Assembly: GCF_021789315.1 (NCBI RefSeq)
Contig: NZ_CP084561.1
Coordinates: forward strand, 744,927 to 776,926
Direction of reading: 5' to 3'
From: Arthrobacter sp. FW305-BF8
Lineage (GTDB): Bacteria > Actinomycetota > Actinomycetes > Actinomycetales > Micrococcaceae
Length of the DNA stretch: 32,000 nucleotides
Shown: positions 9,310 to 18,390 of the stretch, one piece after another
Position numbering within the stretch: the first letter of the stretch is position 1
Layout: each line of letters begins with the position of its first letter
Position numbers and translations under genes: made by a program
The notes under the pieces: model-generated
The model's input: the letters and a program-made list of their open reading frames with translations, nothing else
Database searches by the model: none
What the model was told of the DNA's origin: nothing

Positions 9310-10128
9310 TCAGGAGGCGGGCTGCTTCTCCCCGGCCTCGATGCGGGCGTCCAGGCTGTTGTTTTTCACCGGCATGGGGCACGTTCCGTAGGGCGTGAAG
9401 GCGCTGGGGTAGTTGATGGCGCGGTTGAAGTCCAAAACTACGGAGCCGTCCGGCCGCGGGCGCGCCGTGGACACCTTGCGCCATTCGTCAGTCGTGTCGC
9501 CGTTCGTCTCGTCGTGGAACGTGACTGTCAGGGCGCCGAGCTTCTCCTCCTCCGCGTGGAGCCGGTACTCGTGGTCCTTGCCCGGCAGCCGGAACACCAG
9601 TTCGCCGACGGTGCGGTGCACCCCGTCCACCAGCGGATTGGCCGTGGAAATGGGCACGTCCACAGGTTCCGGGTAGGCCTCGAACCTGGCCTCAACTGCA
9701 AGGTCGGGCCGGTAATCGAAGGTGGGCACGCCGTCGAACTCGGTGAACACCGGCGACGCGGAGTCCCGGGTGCGGACCGCATACCTGTCCGCACGCTTCG
9801 CCAGCTCCACCACAACCTGCCGGCCGTCCGCGCCGCCGAACTGCACCCACATGAGCGAGTCCTCATTGGCGAGCCGCGCAGTGACTGTCCCGTCCACCGG
9901 ATTCCCGGTCTCCACGAGCGTCAGCCCGTCGGACGCCGCGGCGGTGAGCGTCGCCGTCGTGCCGTCCGCTGACCACAGCCCGGGGACGAGGTCGACGGCG
10001 GCGGGCTGGCTTTCCAGCCACTGGAACGACGTGAGCGTGAGCCAGCCGTGTTCGGCAGCGAGTGCGCTGTTGCGGCCTTTGCGGAAGCGGAGCCAGCGCT
10101 CCAGCTGGGCGTCTGCTGCGGTGCTCAT
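9310..10128 (-). CDS. DUF1684-like protein
   Basis: The start was moved to the internal ATG preceded by GGAGGA (..GGAGGACACATGAGCACC). The product begins MSTAADAQLERWLRFRKGRN..HGWLTLTSFQWL and ends ..INYPSAFTPYGTCPMP, which resembles the actinobacterial DUF1684 family from memory. The 78 residues upstream in the ORF track have off-frame-like composition. Confidence 0.65.
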   Translation of the reverse strand: MSTAADAQLERWLRFRKGRNSALAAEHGWLTLTSFQWLESQPAAVDLVPGLWSADGTTATLTAAASDGLTLVETGNPVDGTVTARLANEDSLMWVQFGGADGRQVVVELAKRADRYAVRTRDSASPVFTEFDGVPTFDYRPDLAVEARFEAYPEPVDVPISTANPLVDGVHRTVGELVFRLPGKDHEYRLHAEEEKLGALTVTFHDETNGDTTDEWRKVSTARPRPDGSVVLDFNRAINYPSAFTPYGTCPMPVKNNSLDARIEAGEKQPAS

Positions 10129-10204
10129 GTGTCCTCCAACGGTGTATGCCAATCTGGCCAGCTTAGGGGTCAACCCCGGGCGGCGGCAGGCGTAGCCTTG
10201 GGGT

Positions 10205-10537
10205 ATGGCCTTGGACATTGTTCTGACGGTGCTGGTTTGCGTTGCCATCGTGGCGGCGCTGACCCTCGCGGGGATGGCCGTACAGAAGCGCGGCGTCGAT
10301 CCGAAAGGCGCTGCGGGAACGCTGGGAAGCGCCCTGGCGGGGTTCGATCCGGCCACCGGCACCCCGACGCATTCGGAGGCGCTGGCGGCGCGGGAGGAAC
10401 AGAAACTAAAGCGGCATGAAGCGCCCAGCGCCGGTCCCGGACCGCAGGCGAACGGTCCGTATTCGGCCCGGATCCGGTTGCCCGCGGCCCCTCTACAGGC
10501 ACCGGCCGTTCCAGTTCAAGGTCCTGACAGCATCTGA
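10205..10537 (+). CDS. Hypothetical small membrane-anchored protein
   Basis: Has one N-terminal TM helix (LDIVLTVLVCVAIVAALTLAGMAV) followed by a Pro/Ala-rich tail. Codon third-position bias is coding-like. I recognise no homology. Confidence 0.4.
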   Translation: MALDIVLTVLVCVAIVAALTLAGMAVQKRGVDPKGAAGTLGSALAGFDPATGTPTHSEALAAREEQKLKRHEAPSAGPGPQANGPYSARIRLPAAPLQAPAVPVQGPDSI

Positions 10538-10652
10538 GACATATTCCCGGGCTCCGGCCGGCTGCGGGTAACATCCCATAGGAACAGTAACCGGGCTCAC
10601 AGTATCCAGCGCAGTGTACGAGCCAAAGTCGAACACTCGAAAGATAGTTTCC

Positions 10653-13463
10653 ATGGCTGACACTGCAATGAATTCAGAAACAGATCTCGCCGCCGAACTC
10701 CGCGCCGACGTGCGCCGGGTCTCCACCCTGCTGGGCGAATCCCTGGTCCGCCAGCACGGCCCCGAGCTCCTCGACCTGGTGGAGCAGGTGCGCCTGCTGA
10801 CCAAGGAATCCAAGGAGGCCGCCCGGGGCGGGGCGGAGGCCACCGGCCCGTGGAGCGCGCACGACGTCGTTGCCCAGGTCCGTGAGCTGCTCGCCTCCCT
10901 GCCGCTCGAGCAGGCGACCGACCTGGTCCGCGCCTTCGCCTTCTACTTCCACCTCGCCAACGCTGCCGAACAGGTCCACCGCGTCCGCGGGCTGCGCACC
11001 CGGCAGGAGAAGGACGGCTGGCTGGCCAAGGCCATCGAGGACATTGCGCGGCAGGCCGGTCCGGCGGTGCTGCAGGAAGTGGTCAACGAGCTGGATGTGC
11101 GCCCGATCTTCACCGCGCACCCCACGGAGGCGTCCCGCCGCTCCGTGCTGGACAAGATCCGCAAGCTCTCGGACGTGCTGGCCCAGCCCACCGAGGAGGG
11201 CACCAGCGCCCGGCGCCGGCAGGACCGGCAGCTGTCGGAGATGATCGACCAGATGTGGCAGACGGACGAACTGCGCCAGGTCCGGCCCACGCCGGTGGAC
11301 GAGGCCCGCAACGCCATCTACTACCTCGAGAGCATCCTGACGGATGCGCTGCCGGAGATGCTGACGGATTTCTCGGAACTCCTCGGCGAGCACGGCGTCG
11401 CGTTGCCGGCCCAGAACGCCCCGATCCGGTTCGGCTCCTGGATCGGCGGTGACCGTGACGGCAACCCCAACGTCACGGCCGCCGTCACGCACGAGATTTT
11501 GCAGCTGCAGAACCAGCATGCGGTCCGGATCAGCATTGCCATGATCGACGAGCTCATCTCCGTCCTGTCCAACTCCACGGCCCTCGCCGGCGCCGACCAG
11601 GCGCTCCTCAATTCGATCGACGCCGATCTCGCGAAGCTGCCCGGCCTGGACCGCCGCATCCTGGAACTCAATGCCCAGGAGCCCTACCGGCTGAAACTGA
11701 CCTGCATCAAGGCCAAGCTCATCAACACCGGCAAGCGTGTGTCCGCGGGCTCCAAGCACCAGCCCGGGCGTGACTACACCTCCACCGAGGAGCTCATCGC
11801 CGAACTCGAACTGCTGGAACTGTCCCTGCGCAACCACTCGGCGTCCCTTGCCGCGGACGGCGCGCTGGCACGTGTCCGCCGCGCCATCGCCTCCTTCGGC
11901 CTCCACCTGGCCACCCTCGACATCCGCGAGCACGCCGACCACCACCACGACGCGGTCGGCCAGCTCATGGACCGCCTCGGCGGTCCCGGCATCCGGTACG
12001 CCGAACTGACCCGGGACGAGCGCCTCGAGGTCCTCAGCGCAGAGCTCGCGTCCCGCCGTCCGCTGTCCGGCCACCCGATCAAGCTCGACGGCGCCGCTGA
12101 CGGCACGTACGACGTCTTCCGTGAGATCCGCCGCGCCCTGCGCACGTACGGCCCGGACGTCATCGAGACCTACATCATCTCCATGACCCGCGGCGCCGAC
12201 GACGTTCTGGCCGCTGCCGTCCTGGCACGCGAGGCCGGCCTGGTCAGCATCTTCGGCGACGCCCCGTACGCCAAGATTGGCTTCGCACCGCTGCTGGAGA
12301 CCGTCGAGGAGTTGCGTGCCTCTGCGGAGATCGTTGACCAGCTGCTGTCCGACCCGTCCTACCGCGAGCTGGTCCGGCTGCGCGGGGATGTCCAGGAAGT
12401 CATGCTCGGCTACTCGGACTCCAACAAGGAATCCGGCGTGATGACCAGCCAGTGGGAAATCCACAAGACCCAGCGGAAGCTGCGCGACATCGCCTCCAAG
12501 CACGGCGTCCGCGTGCGCCTGTTCCACGGCCGCGGTGGATCCGTGGGCCGCGGCGGCGGACCCACTTACGACGCCATCATGGCGCAGCCGAACGGCGTCC
12601 TCGAAGGTGAAATTAAGTTCACCGAACAGGGCGAGGTCATCTCGGACAAGTACTCCCTGCCGGAACTTGCCCGGGAAAACCTTGAGCTGTCCCTCGCCGC
12701 CGTACTCCAGGGCTCTGCGCTGCACCGCACGCCGCGCACCTCGGACGACCAGCGCGAGCGGTTCGGGCACGTCATGGAGACCATCTCCGACGCCGCGTTC
12801 GCCCGCTACCGCAGCCTCATCGATCACCCGGACCTGCCGGCCTACTTCCTGGCCTCGACGCCGGTGGAGCAGCTCGGTTCCCTGAACATCGGCTCCCGCC
12901 CGTCCAAGCGCCCGGATTCCGGTGCCGGGCTTGGTGGCCTGCGTGCCATCCCGTGGGTGTTCGGCTGGACCCAGTCCCGGCAGATCGTGCCGGGCTGGTT
13001 CGGCGTCGGCTCCGGGCTGAAGGCGGCACGGGAAGCGGGGAACTCCGCCCAGCTCGTCGAGATGATGCACGGCTGGCACTTCTTCCGCTCCGTGCTGTCC
13101 AACGTGGAAATGACCCTCGCCAAGACGGACATGGAGATCGCCGGATACTACGTGGACACCCTGGTCCCGGCGGAACTGCACCATCTTTTCCGCGCCATCC
13201 GCGAAGAGTACGAACTCACCGTCTCCGAGATCCAGAACCTTACCGGAGAGAACCTGCTGCTGGACGCCCAGCCCACGCTCAAGCGGTCCCTGGAAATCCG
13301 TGACCAGTACCTCGACCCGATCAGCTACCTGCAGGTGGAACTGCTCCGCCGCGTGCGGGCGGAAGGTGCCAGCATTTCCGCAGGGGAGATCGATGAGCGC
13401 CTGCAGCGGGCCATGCTCATCACCGTCAACGGTGTGGCAGCCGGCCTCCGCAACACCGGGTAG
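10653..13463 (+). CDS. ppc: Phosphoenolpyruvate carboxylase
   Basis: Full-length PEPC. Motifs include TAHPTE ([12 protein letters not shown]), [24 protein letters not shown] and the C-terminal ..[11 protein letters not shown]. The ATG at 10653 is preferred over the upstream GTG at 10614, so the start is uncertain by 39 nt. Confidence 0.95.
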   Translation: MADTAMNSETDLAAELRADVRRVSTLLGESLVRQHGPELLDLVEQVRLLTKESKEAARGGAEATGPWSAHDVVAQVRELLASLPLEQATDLVRAFAFYFHLANAAEQVHRVRGLRTRQEKDGWLAKAIEDIARQAGPAVLQEVVNELDVRPIFTAHPTEASRRSVLDKIRKLSDVLAQPTEEGTSARRRQDRQLSEMIDQMWQTDELRQVRPTPVDEARNAIYYLESILTDALPEMLTDFSELLGEHGVALPAQNAPIRFGSWIGGDRDGNPNVTAAVTHEILQLQNQHAVRISIAMIDELISVLSNSTALAGADQALLNSIDADLAKLPGLDRRILELNAQEPYRLKLTCIKAKLINTGKRVSAGSKHQPGRDYTSTEELIAELELLELSLRNHSASLAADGALARVRRAIASFGLHLATLDIREHADHHHDAVGQLMDRLGGPGIRYAELTRDERLEVLSAELASRRPLSGHPIKLDGAADGTYDVFREIRRALRTYGPDVIETYIISMTRGADDVLAAAVLAREAGLVSIFGDAPYAKIGFAPLLETVEELRASAEIVDQLLSDPSYRELVRLRGDVQEVMLGYSDSNKESGVMTSQWEIHKTQRKLRDIASKHGVRVRLFHGRGGSVGRGGGPTYDAIMAQPNGVLEGEIKFTEQGEVISDKYSLPELARENLELSLAAVLQGSALHRTPRTSDDQRERFGHVMETISDAAFARYRSLIDHPDLPAYFLASTPVEQLGSLNIGSRPSKRPDSGAGLGGLRAIPWVFGWTQSRQIVPGWFGVGSGLKAAREAGNSAQLVEMMHGWHFFRSVLSNVEMTLAKTDMEIAGYYVDTLVPAELHHLFRAIREEYELTVSEIQNLTGENLLLDAQPTLKRSLEIRDQYLDPISYLQVELLRRVRAEGASISAGEIDERLQRAMLITVNGVAAGLRNTG

Positions 13464-13477
13464 CCCCTACCGCCGCG

Positions 13478-13602
13478 GACGCTTCCTCACCTTTCGTCGG
13501 TTCCTTCCTAACGCGTCCTCGCCCGATGCGGGAGGGTTTGGCCTGAAGCGACGGGAACTGAGGAAGCGTTGCTGGAATTGTTGCGAAAGGTGAGGACGCG
13601 TC
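13478..13602. repeat. 125-nt nested imperfect palindrome in convergent spacer
   Basis: The outer arms gacgcttcctcacctttcg (13478-13496) and cgaaaggtgaggacgcgtc (13584-13602) pair at 18/19 positions. The inner arms aacgcgtcctc (13510-13520) and tgaggaagcgtt (13559-13570) pair at 10/11. The left arm also pairs perfectly over 11 bp with the inner right arm, which allows alternative folds. The right end touches the ABC ATPase stop codon. Confidence 0.7.
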
Positions 13603-14359
13603 AGGGGCCGTAGTGCACCACGATGGTCCGGCAGGGCGTCGTGCTGGGGACGCCGTCGCCGTCGTCGGAGTACGCGACGGTGCTCACGCGCACGCCGTAG
13701 AGGGCGGACAGCTCGGCGTCGGTCAGGAGTTCCGCAGCGTGTCCGGTCCGGACGCCCGAGCGGCCCAGCAGGACCACCCGGTCGGCAAGGTGCAGGGCGT
13801 GGTCGGGATGGTGAGTGCTGAGGAGCAGTGCCATGCCGTCGGCCATCAGTTCGCGCAGCAGCGTCAGGACGCGTGCCTGGTTCTTCAGGTCCAGGCCGGT
13901 GGCGGGCTCGTCCAGCACCAGGATGGGCGAGCCGGCGGCGATCGCCCGGGCGATGAGGATGAGCTGCTGCTCGCCCCCGCTGAGGGTGGGGAAACGCCGG
14001 TCCCGCAGCCCGGCCGCGCCCACCCGCTCCATCGCCTCCAGGGCTGCGTTGTGGTCGGATGGCCCGGGTGTCCGGAACACGCCAACGTGCCGCGCCCGCC
14101 CCATCAGGACCATGTCCAGCGCCCGGTAGGCGAAGGCGCTGCCGTGGGCCTGCGGGACGTAGCCGGCGCTCTCACTCCGCCGGACCGTTCCCTCCTGCGG
14201 GTCCAGCAACCCGGCGGCACAGCGCACCAGCGTGGTCTTGCCGCTGCCGTTGGGACCCAGCACGGCGGTGGCGGTCCCCGGCGGCACGCGGAAGCTGACG
14301 CCGCGGAACACCCAGTCCCGGGGCGAGTAGCCGAAGCCCACGGCGTCGAGTTCAAGCAC
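13601..14359 (-). CDS. ABC transporter ATP-binding protein, FecE/BtuD-type (metal-chelate importer)
   Basis: Walker A GPNGSGKTT, signature LSGGEQQLILIARAI and Walker B ILVLDEPATGLD are present. At 252 aa it has the typical size for this class. Confidence 0.85.
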   Translation of the reverse strand: MLELDAVGFGYSPRDWVFRGVSFRVPPGTATAVLGPNGSGKTTLVRCAAGLLDPQEGTVRRSESAGYVPQAHGSAFAYRALDMVLMGRARHVGVFRTPGPSDHNAALEAMERVGAAGLRDRRFPTLSGGEQQLILIARAIAAGSPILVLDEPATGLDLKNQARVLTLLRELMADGMALLLSTHHPDHALHLADRVVLLGRSGVRTGHAAELLTDAELSALYGVRVSTVAYSDDGDGVPSTTPCRTIVVHYGP

Positions 14360-15539
14360 TGTCCCAGACCTTCTCGCGGTTCCGGCGCAGGAGCAGGAAG
14401 AACACGGGCGCGCCGATCAGGGCCGTGAGGACGCCGAGCGGGATCTCCCCGGCGGTGGCCGTGCGGGCGATGGTGTCCACCAGAACGATGTAGGCGCCGC
14501 CAAGCAGGAAAGAGACGGGCAGGAGGACACGGTGGTCCGGCCCCACCCACATGCGGGCCAAGTGCGGGATCACCAGGCCCACCCAGCTGACGGCCCCGCT
14601 GACTGCCACCGCGCCGGCCACGATGAGCGCCACCGCCACGAGCACCACCCAGCGGAGCGGGCGCGGGCGCACGCCCAGGGCGGCCGCGTCCTCGTCGCCG
14701 AGGGACAGCACGTTGATCCGCCAGCGCAGGGCCACGAGGACCGCGGCCCCGCCAAGGACGGGGATCAGGGCCACCGCTACTTTGGCAAAGGTTGCCGTGG
14801 ATACGCTGCCCAGGAGCCAGAAGACGATAGCGGGCAGCGTGGTGTTGGGGTCCGCAATGTAGGTCACCAGGGCCACCAGGGCTGAAAAGAAGGACCCGGT
14901 GACCACGCCGCCGAGCACGATCATGAGCATCGGCGTCCCGGCGCGGCCCGAGGTGATCAGGAACAGGGTCCCGAGTGCCAGCAGCCCGCACACGAAGGAG
15001 CCGCCCACCAGGAGGAGCGGACCCAGCCCGAGCAGCAGCGCCAGGGCTCCGCCGAAGGATGCGCCGGCAGACACACCGATGATCTCGGGGCTGACGAGGG
15101 GATTGCGGAAAATGGCCTGCAGCGCTGCGCCGCCAATCGCCAGGCCGCCGCCCACCAGCAAGGCGAGCAGGATCCGCGGCAGCCGGACCAGCAGCACAAC
15201 GTTCTGTTCGGTGCCGCTGGCCTGAACCGGGACCGGGGCGAGCTGTGCGGCCAGGATCTGGACCACGTGGTCCAGCGGCACGCTGTAGCGACCCACCGCC
15301 AGCGCCAGCACCGCCACGGCGATAAGGAAGCAGGCACTGAGGGCAACGGGAACGACGACGGCGGGTTCCCGCCGTCGTTCTCCCGCCTCCCGTTTCCCAA
15401 GCCTGTGTTCCAGTGCCTGCCGCTCTTCAGCGCCGCCCGGGCCGGCAGCCGGGCCCGCCCGTGGCAGTGCCGGCTGCGCCGGTGGCAGTGCCGGGCGCAG
15501 CCGCCTGCCCAGCCGCGGGGAGCCCGCCTCATCAAGCAT
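14352..15539 (-). CDS. FecCD-family metal-chelate ABC permease
   Basis: A polytopic FecCD/BtuC-like hydrophobic core. The ATG at 15539 overlaps the SBP stop (ATGCTTGA). The product still carries a roughly 55-aa Arg/Pro-rich N-terminal extension, so the true start may lie further downstream. Confidence 0.8.
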   Translation of the reverse strand: MLDEAGSPRLGRRLRPALPPAQPALPRAGPAAGPGGAEERQALEHRLGKREAGERRREPAVVVPVALSACFLIAVAVLALAVGRYSVPLDHVVQILAAQLAPVPVQASGTEQNVVLLVRLPRILLALLVGGGLAIGGAALQAIFRNPLVSPEIIGVSAGASFGGALALLLGLGPLLLVGGSFVCGLLALGTLFLITSGRAGTPMLMIVLGGVVTGSFFSALVALVTYIADPNTTLPAIVFWLLGSVSTATFAKVAVALIPVLGGAAVLVALRWRINVLSLGDEDAAALGVRPRPLRWVVLVAVALIVAGAVAVSGAVSWVGLVIPHLARMWVGPDHRVLLPVSFLLGGAYIVLVDTIARTATAGEIPLGVLTALIGAPVFFLLLRRNREKVWDSA

Positions 15540-16665
15540 TGAACTGCCGGTAGTTGGCGGACTGCCCGTTCTCTGCGGTCCGGAGAATCTTGTCCAGCTC
15601 ATCGCCGGTGAGTTCGTGGTTGTACAGGAACCTGAAGTATTCGGAGGCCTTGCTCCGCACGGCAGACCTCTGCTGCGGGAAGGCGATGTCGCCCAGCCAG
15701 TGCCACATCAGCGCCGACTCCTGCCCGGGCGGATCCCAGCGGTAGCCGCCCAGCGGTACCTTGTACACGCGCTTCGAGCGGACCGCGGCCACGTTCTGCC
15801 ACACCGGGTCCGAGTAGATGTCCTGCGCCATGGCGGCGTCGAAGTTACCCAGCAGGATGACCTCGGGGTCCCAGCGCAGGACCTGCTCGATGTCCACGCC
15901 CAGCATGCCGGAACCGGTCAGCGGGTCCTTGCCGGTGGCCGGGTTGGAGCCGCCCACCAGCTTGATGTAGAAGTCGTTGTAGCTGTTGGCACCGGCCACC
16001 TTGAGCCCGCCGGTGAAGCGGTTGAAGTACAGGATGCTCGGGCCCTTGGACGCGCGCCCGGCGGCGAGGGACTTGACCTCGGCAAGCTCCCGGTCGCTCC
16101 GGGTCTTGAGCTCGGCGGCACGCTCGGGCTTGCCGAGCATCGCGGCGAACATGGCAACCCAGGCGTCCACATCCTCCTGCGTGCCGGAGTTCTTCAGCCC
16201 CAGAACCTGAAGCCCCGCCTTCTCCAGGGGCTCGATGAGCTGCGCGTCCGACCACTGGACCACCACGTCCGGGTTGAGGGCCCGGATACTTTCAACGTTG
16301 GCGGTGAAGTCCTGGGTGGCGATGTCGTGCGGTAGGTCCAGTGCGCCGGGAAACATGGAGCCCATGATGCCGTCGCGCATGGCCGTCCAGGAGGCGTTGT
16401 GCATGGCCGCGAGATGGTCGGCGCTGCGGTCGACGGCGACCAGCAGGGACGCCGACGGCATCGGGATGGTCACCACCCGGGCCACCGGCCAGTCAAAGGA
16501 CAGGGTCTTGCCGCGCTGGTCCGTGAGGCTGATGCTGTTGGTGCTGTCGGGAGGGGACGACGGCGGGGCGGTGCCGGATGCGCCGCATCCGGCCAGCAGG
16601 GCGGCGGAGCCGCCTGCAACAAACACCTGTAGGGCGGCGCGGCGGTTTAGGTCTGCAGCTGTCAT
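15532..16665 (-). CDS. Periplasmic-binding-protein (BtuF/FhuD class) lipoprotein with Tat-type signal
   Basis: The N-terminus MTAADLNRRAALQVFVAGGSAALLAGC contains a twin-arginine motif and a lipobox. It has class III SBP features and is the first gene of a 3-gene importer operon. Confidence 0.8.
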   Translation of the reverse strand: MTAADLNRRAALQVFVAGGSAALLAGCGASGTAPPSSPPDSTNSISLTDQRGKTLSFDWPVARVVTIPMPSASLLVAVDRSADHLAAMHNASWTAMRDGIMGSMFPGALDLPHDIATQDFTANVESIRALNPDVVVQWSDAQLIEPLEKAGLQVLGLKNSGTQEDVDAWVAMFAAMLGKPERAAELKTRSDRELAEVKSLAAGRASKGPSILYFNRFTGGLKVAGANSYNDFYIKLVGGSNPATGKDPLTGSGMLGVDIEQVLRWDPEVILLGNFDAAMAQDIYSDPVWQNVAAVRSKRVYKVPLGGYRWDPPGQESALMWHWLGDIAFPQQRSAVRSKASEYFRFLYNHELTGDELDKILRTAENGQSANYRQFNA

Positions 16666-16866
16666 CGTTGACTCCCTGCGCGTGGGTCTTCACAGCATCC
16701 GCTTCAAGGGCAGGGCTGTCAACGCTTTCTCCTGCGTTCGAGGACGGGCCGGTCCAGCTGCCCGGACCTGCCGGCCCGCGCCGTTCCCTTGTCCGCGCCT
16801 CGTTCCCTTGTCGGCGTCAGGGCCCGGTGCTACTTTCAGAGGACCCTTGCAGAAGGTGGCCACGGG

Positions 16867-17640
16867 ATGGTTATCGATGGTGCCCAGTTGTTCGTCCGCT
16901 ATGCCTATCCGCCCAATTCACGTGGCAGCTGCGGCCCGCCGGACAGCGACGCCCTGCTGCACTACGGGCAGTCCGGCGTCACGGACCAGGGGCTCCGCGA
17001 ACTTGCCAAGGGCTTTGCCGGCGCCTGGCCCTACCTCGAACTGATCGCCGGATCGCATGGCATCGCCGATCCGCTGGACGCCCGCGTGGTGGAGGCCTAC
17101 TGGGTGGGCAACAGCCTCCTGGATACCGTCGGCATCACCAACCTCGGCAATTCCATGGAGGACAGGTTCCGGGCGCGCACCGGGCGGCAGTTCCCGCATC
17201 TGGTGGAAGGGGTGCTGGCGGGCGGGGTCCCACACCACAGTTTCCACGTGTTCGAGATCTACCCGTGGCTGGGCCTGCTCCGCGACGAACGCCGGCACGC
17301 CACCGCGCTGAACGTGCTGGACAGGTGCAGGATCCGCTGGGGGCAGGTGCTCGCGATCTCCGGGGACGACGCCGTCGTGCGGTCCCGGCCCCTGGTGTGG
17401 GACGGGACAGCCCTGGACATCGGCGAGCCCGTGGTGGAATCAGCCAAGTTCGCCGTGAACGGGACCGGCTTCGTGGCCGGGCTGGCCGTGGGCGACGTCG
17501 TCTCACTGCACTGGGACTGGGTGTGCGACCGACTCTCCACCCACCAGCTGCAGCAGCTCAAGCACTTTACGGCGCGGCACCTCCGGATTGCCAACAGCGG
17601 CGTCGCACACCGCGGCGCAGCCATAGCGCTCGAACACTAG
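16867..17640 (+). CDS. Conserved hypothetical protein (I recall the family as DUF6390) with a HypC-like C-terminal segment
   Basis: The internal ATG at 16867 is preceded by gaaggtgg. The product begins MVIDGAQLFVRYAYPPN.. and has coding-like GC3. The C-terminal segment CRIRWGQVLAISGDDAVV...GDVVSLHWDWVCDRL resembles the HypC pattern MCLGIPGxVV...GDWVLVHVGFA. Confidence 0.6.
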   Translation: MVIDGAQLFVRYAYPPNSRGSCGPPDSDALLHYGQSGVTDQGLRELAKGFAGAWPYLELIAGSHGIADPLDARVVEAYWVGNSLLDTVGITNLGNSMEDRFRARTGRQFPHLVEGVLAGGVPHHSFHVFEIYPWLGLLRDERRHATALNVLDRCRIRWGQVLAISGDDAVVRSRPLVWDGTALDIGEPVVESAKFAVNGTGFVAGLAVGDVVSLHWDWVCDRLSTHQLQQLKHFTARHLRIANSGVAHRGAAIALEH

Positions 17641-17706
17641 CGCTCGAACATCAGCGCCGGGCAGCAGCGCCCGGCCACAAACGCTGCGACCAGCGACGGC
17701 GGCCGG

Positions 17707-18093
17707 TTACGGTGACTGCGGCGCCGGACCGTCGGGATGCTCGGGGGTCTTGACGGCCGTCGCATCACGGGCGGACGACTCGCCGGCTGGCCGGCCGGCA
17801 GGCGAATCATCGGTTCCCGTGTGCTCGCGTCCCGGTTCGGTGCCCTCCTCCTTGATGACGTCCTCGCCCCGGCGGGTGGTGCTGACACCGACGTCAACCG
17901 GAGCCGGTGCCGCGTCTTCAGGGGTTTCGTCCGCTCCGGGCTGGGCGGGTTCCTTCAGCGGCGGTTCGCTGCCGAAGGCCCGGGCTGTCCCTGGTGCGGT
18001 GCCCTCTGCGGCGCCCGACGCGGTGCCCTGTTCTTCGCCCTTCCCGGCGACCGTTTCCTCGTCGGCGGGGTCAGGCTGGTTCGTGGGTGACAT
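17707..18093 (-). CDS. Acidic, intrinsically disordered hypothetical protein (last gene of hydrogenase operon)
   Basis: A strong RBS (AAGGAGAGCAGCATG) lies inside the hypC 3' end, giving a 23-nt overlap. The 128-aa product is Pro/Glu/Ala/Gly/Thr-rich with no hydrophobic core. GC3 is coding-like. Confidence 0.5.
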   Translation of the reverse strand: MSPTNQPDPADEETVAGKGEEQGTASGAAEGTAPGTARAFGSEPPLKEPAQPGADETPEDAAPAPVDVGVSTTRRGEDVIKEEGTEPGREHTGTDDSPAGRPAGESSARDATAVKTPEHPDGPAPQSP

Positions 18094-18376
18094 GCTGCTC
18101 TCCTTGTGGTGGTTGTGCGGGCTGGGATCCGGGACCGGTGTCCGCAGGGCGGCCCATCAGCTCCAGTCCTTCCATGGCCTGTTCTGCGCCCGCGGCGTCT
18201 ACGCGTTCCAGCGCGAAGCCCATGTGGATCAGGACCCAGGTGCCGGGTTCCAGGGGCCCCTCATCCAGCAGCCCGATGTTGATCTTCCGGTGCACTCCGG
18301 CCACATCGACGAGTGCCAGTTGGCCGCCGTACCCCTCGAGGAGTTCAACGACCCTGCCGGGTATTCCGAGGCACAT
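18071..18376 (-). CDS. hypC: Hydrogenase assembly chaperone HypC/HupF family
   Basis: Has the N-terminal MCLGIPGRVVEL motif with the essential Cys2, and WVLIHMGFALERVD. A roughly 25-aa Pro/Gln-rich C-terminal tail follows. Confidence 0.9.
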   Translation of the reverse strand: MCLGIPGRVVELLEGYGGQLALVDVAGVHRKINIGLLDEGPLEPGTWVLIHMGFALERVDAAGAEQAMEGLELMGRPADTGPGSQPAQPPQGEQHVTHEPA

Positions 18377-18390
18377 GTACGGACACCGCC

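Noticed and set aside
13478-13602. MITE or IS remnant
   Set aside because: The window contains no transposase, no recognisable target-site duplication and no second copy. I kept it as a structured-repeat finding only.
16666-16866. Possible cobalamin riboswitch upstream of the BtuF-class binding protein
   Set aside because: I read the minus strand through the whole spacer. There is no B12-box-like GCCACTG / AGYCMGG..CCKGCC element and no GGTG..AA..CC core. Only two AAGGGAACG direct repeats are present.
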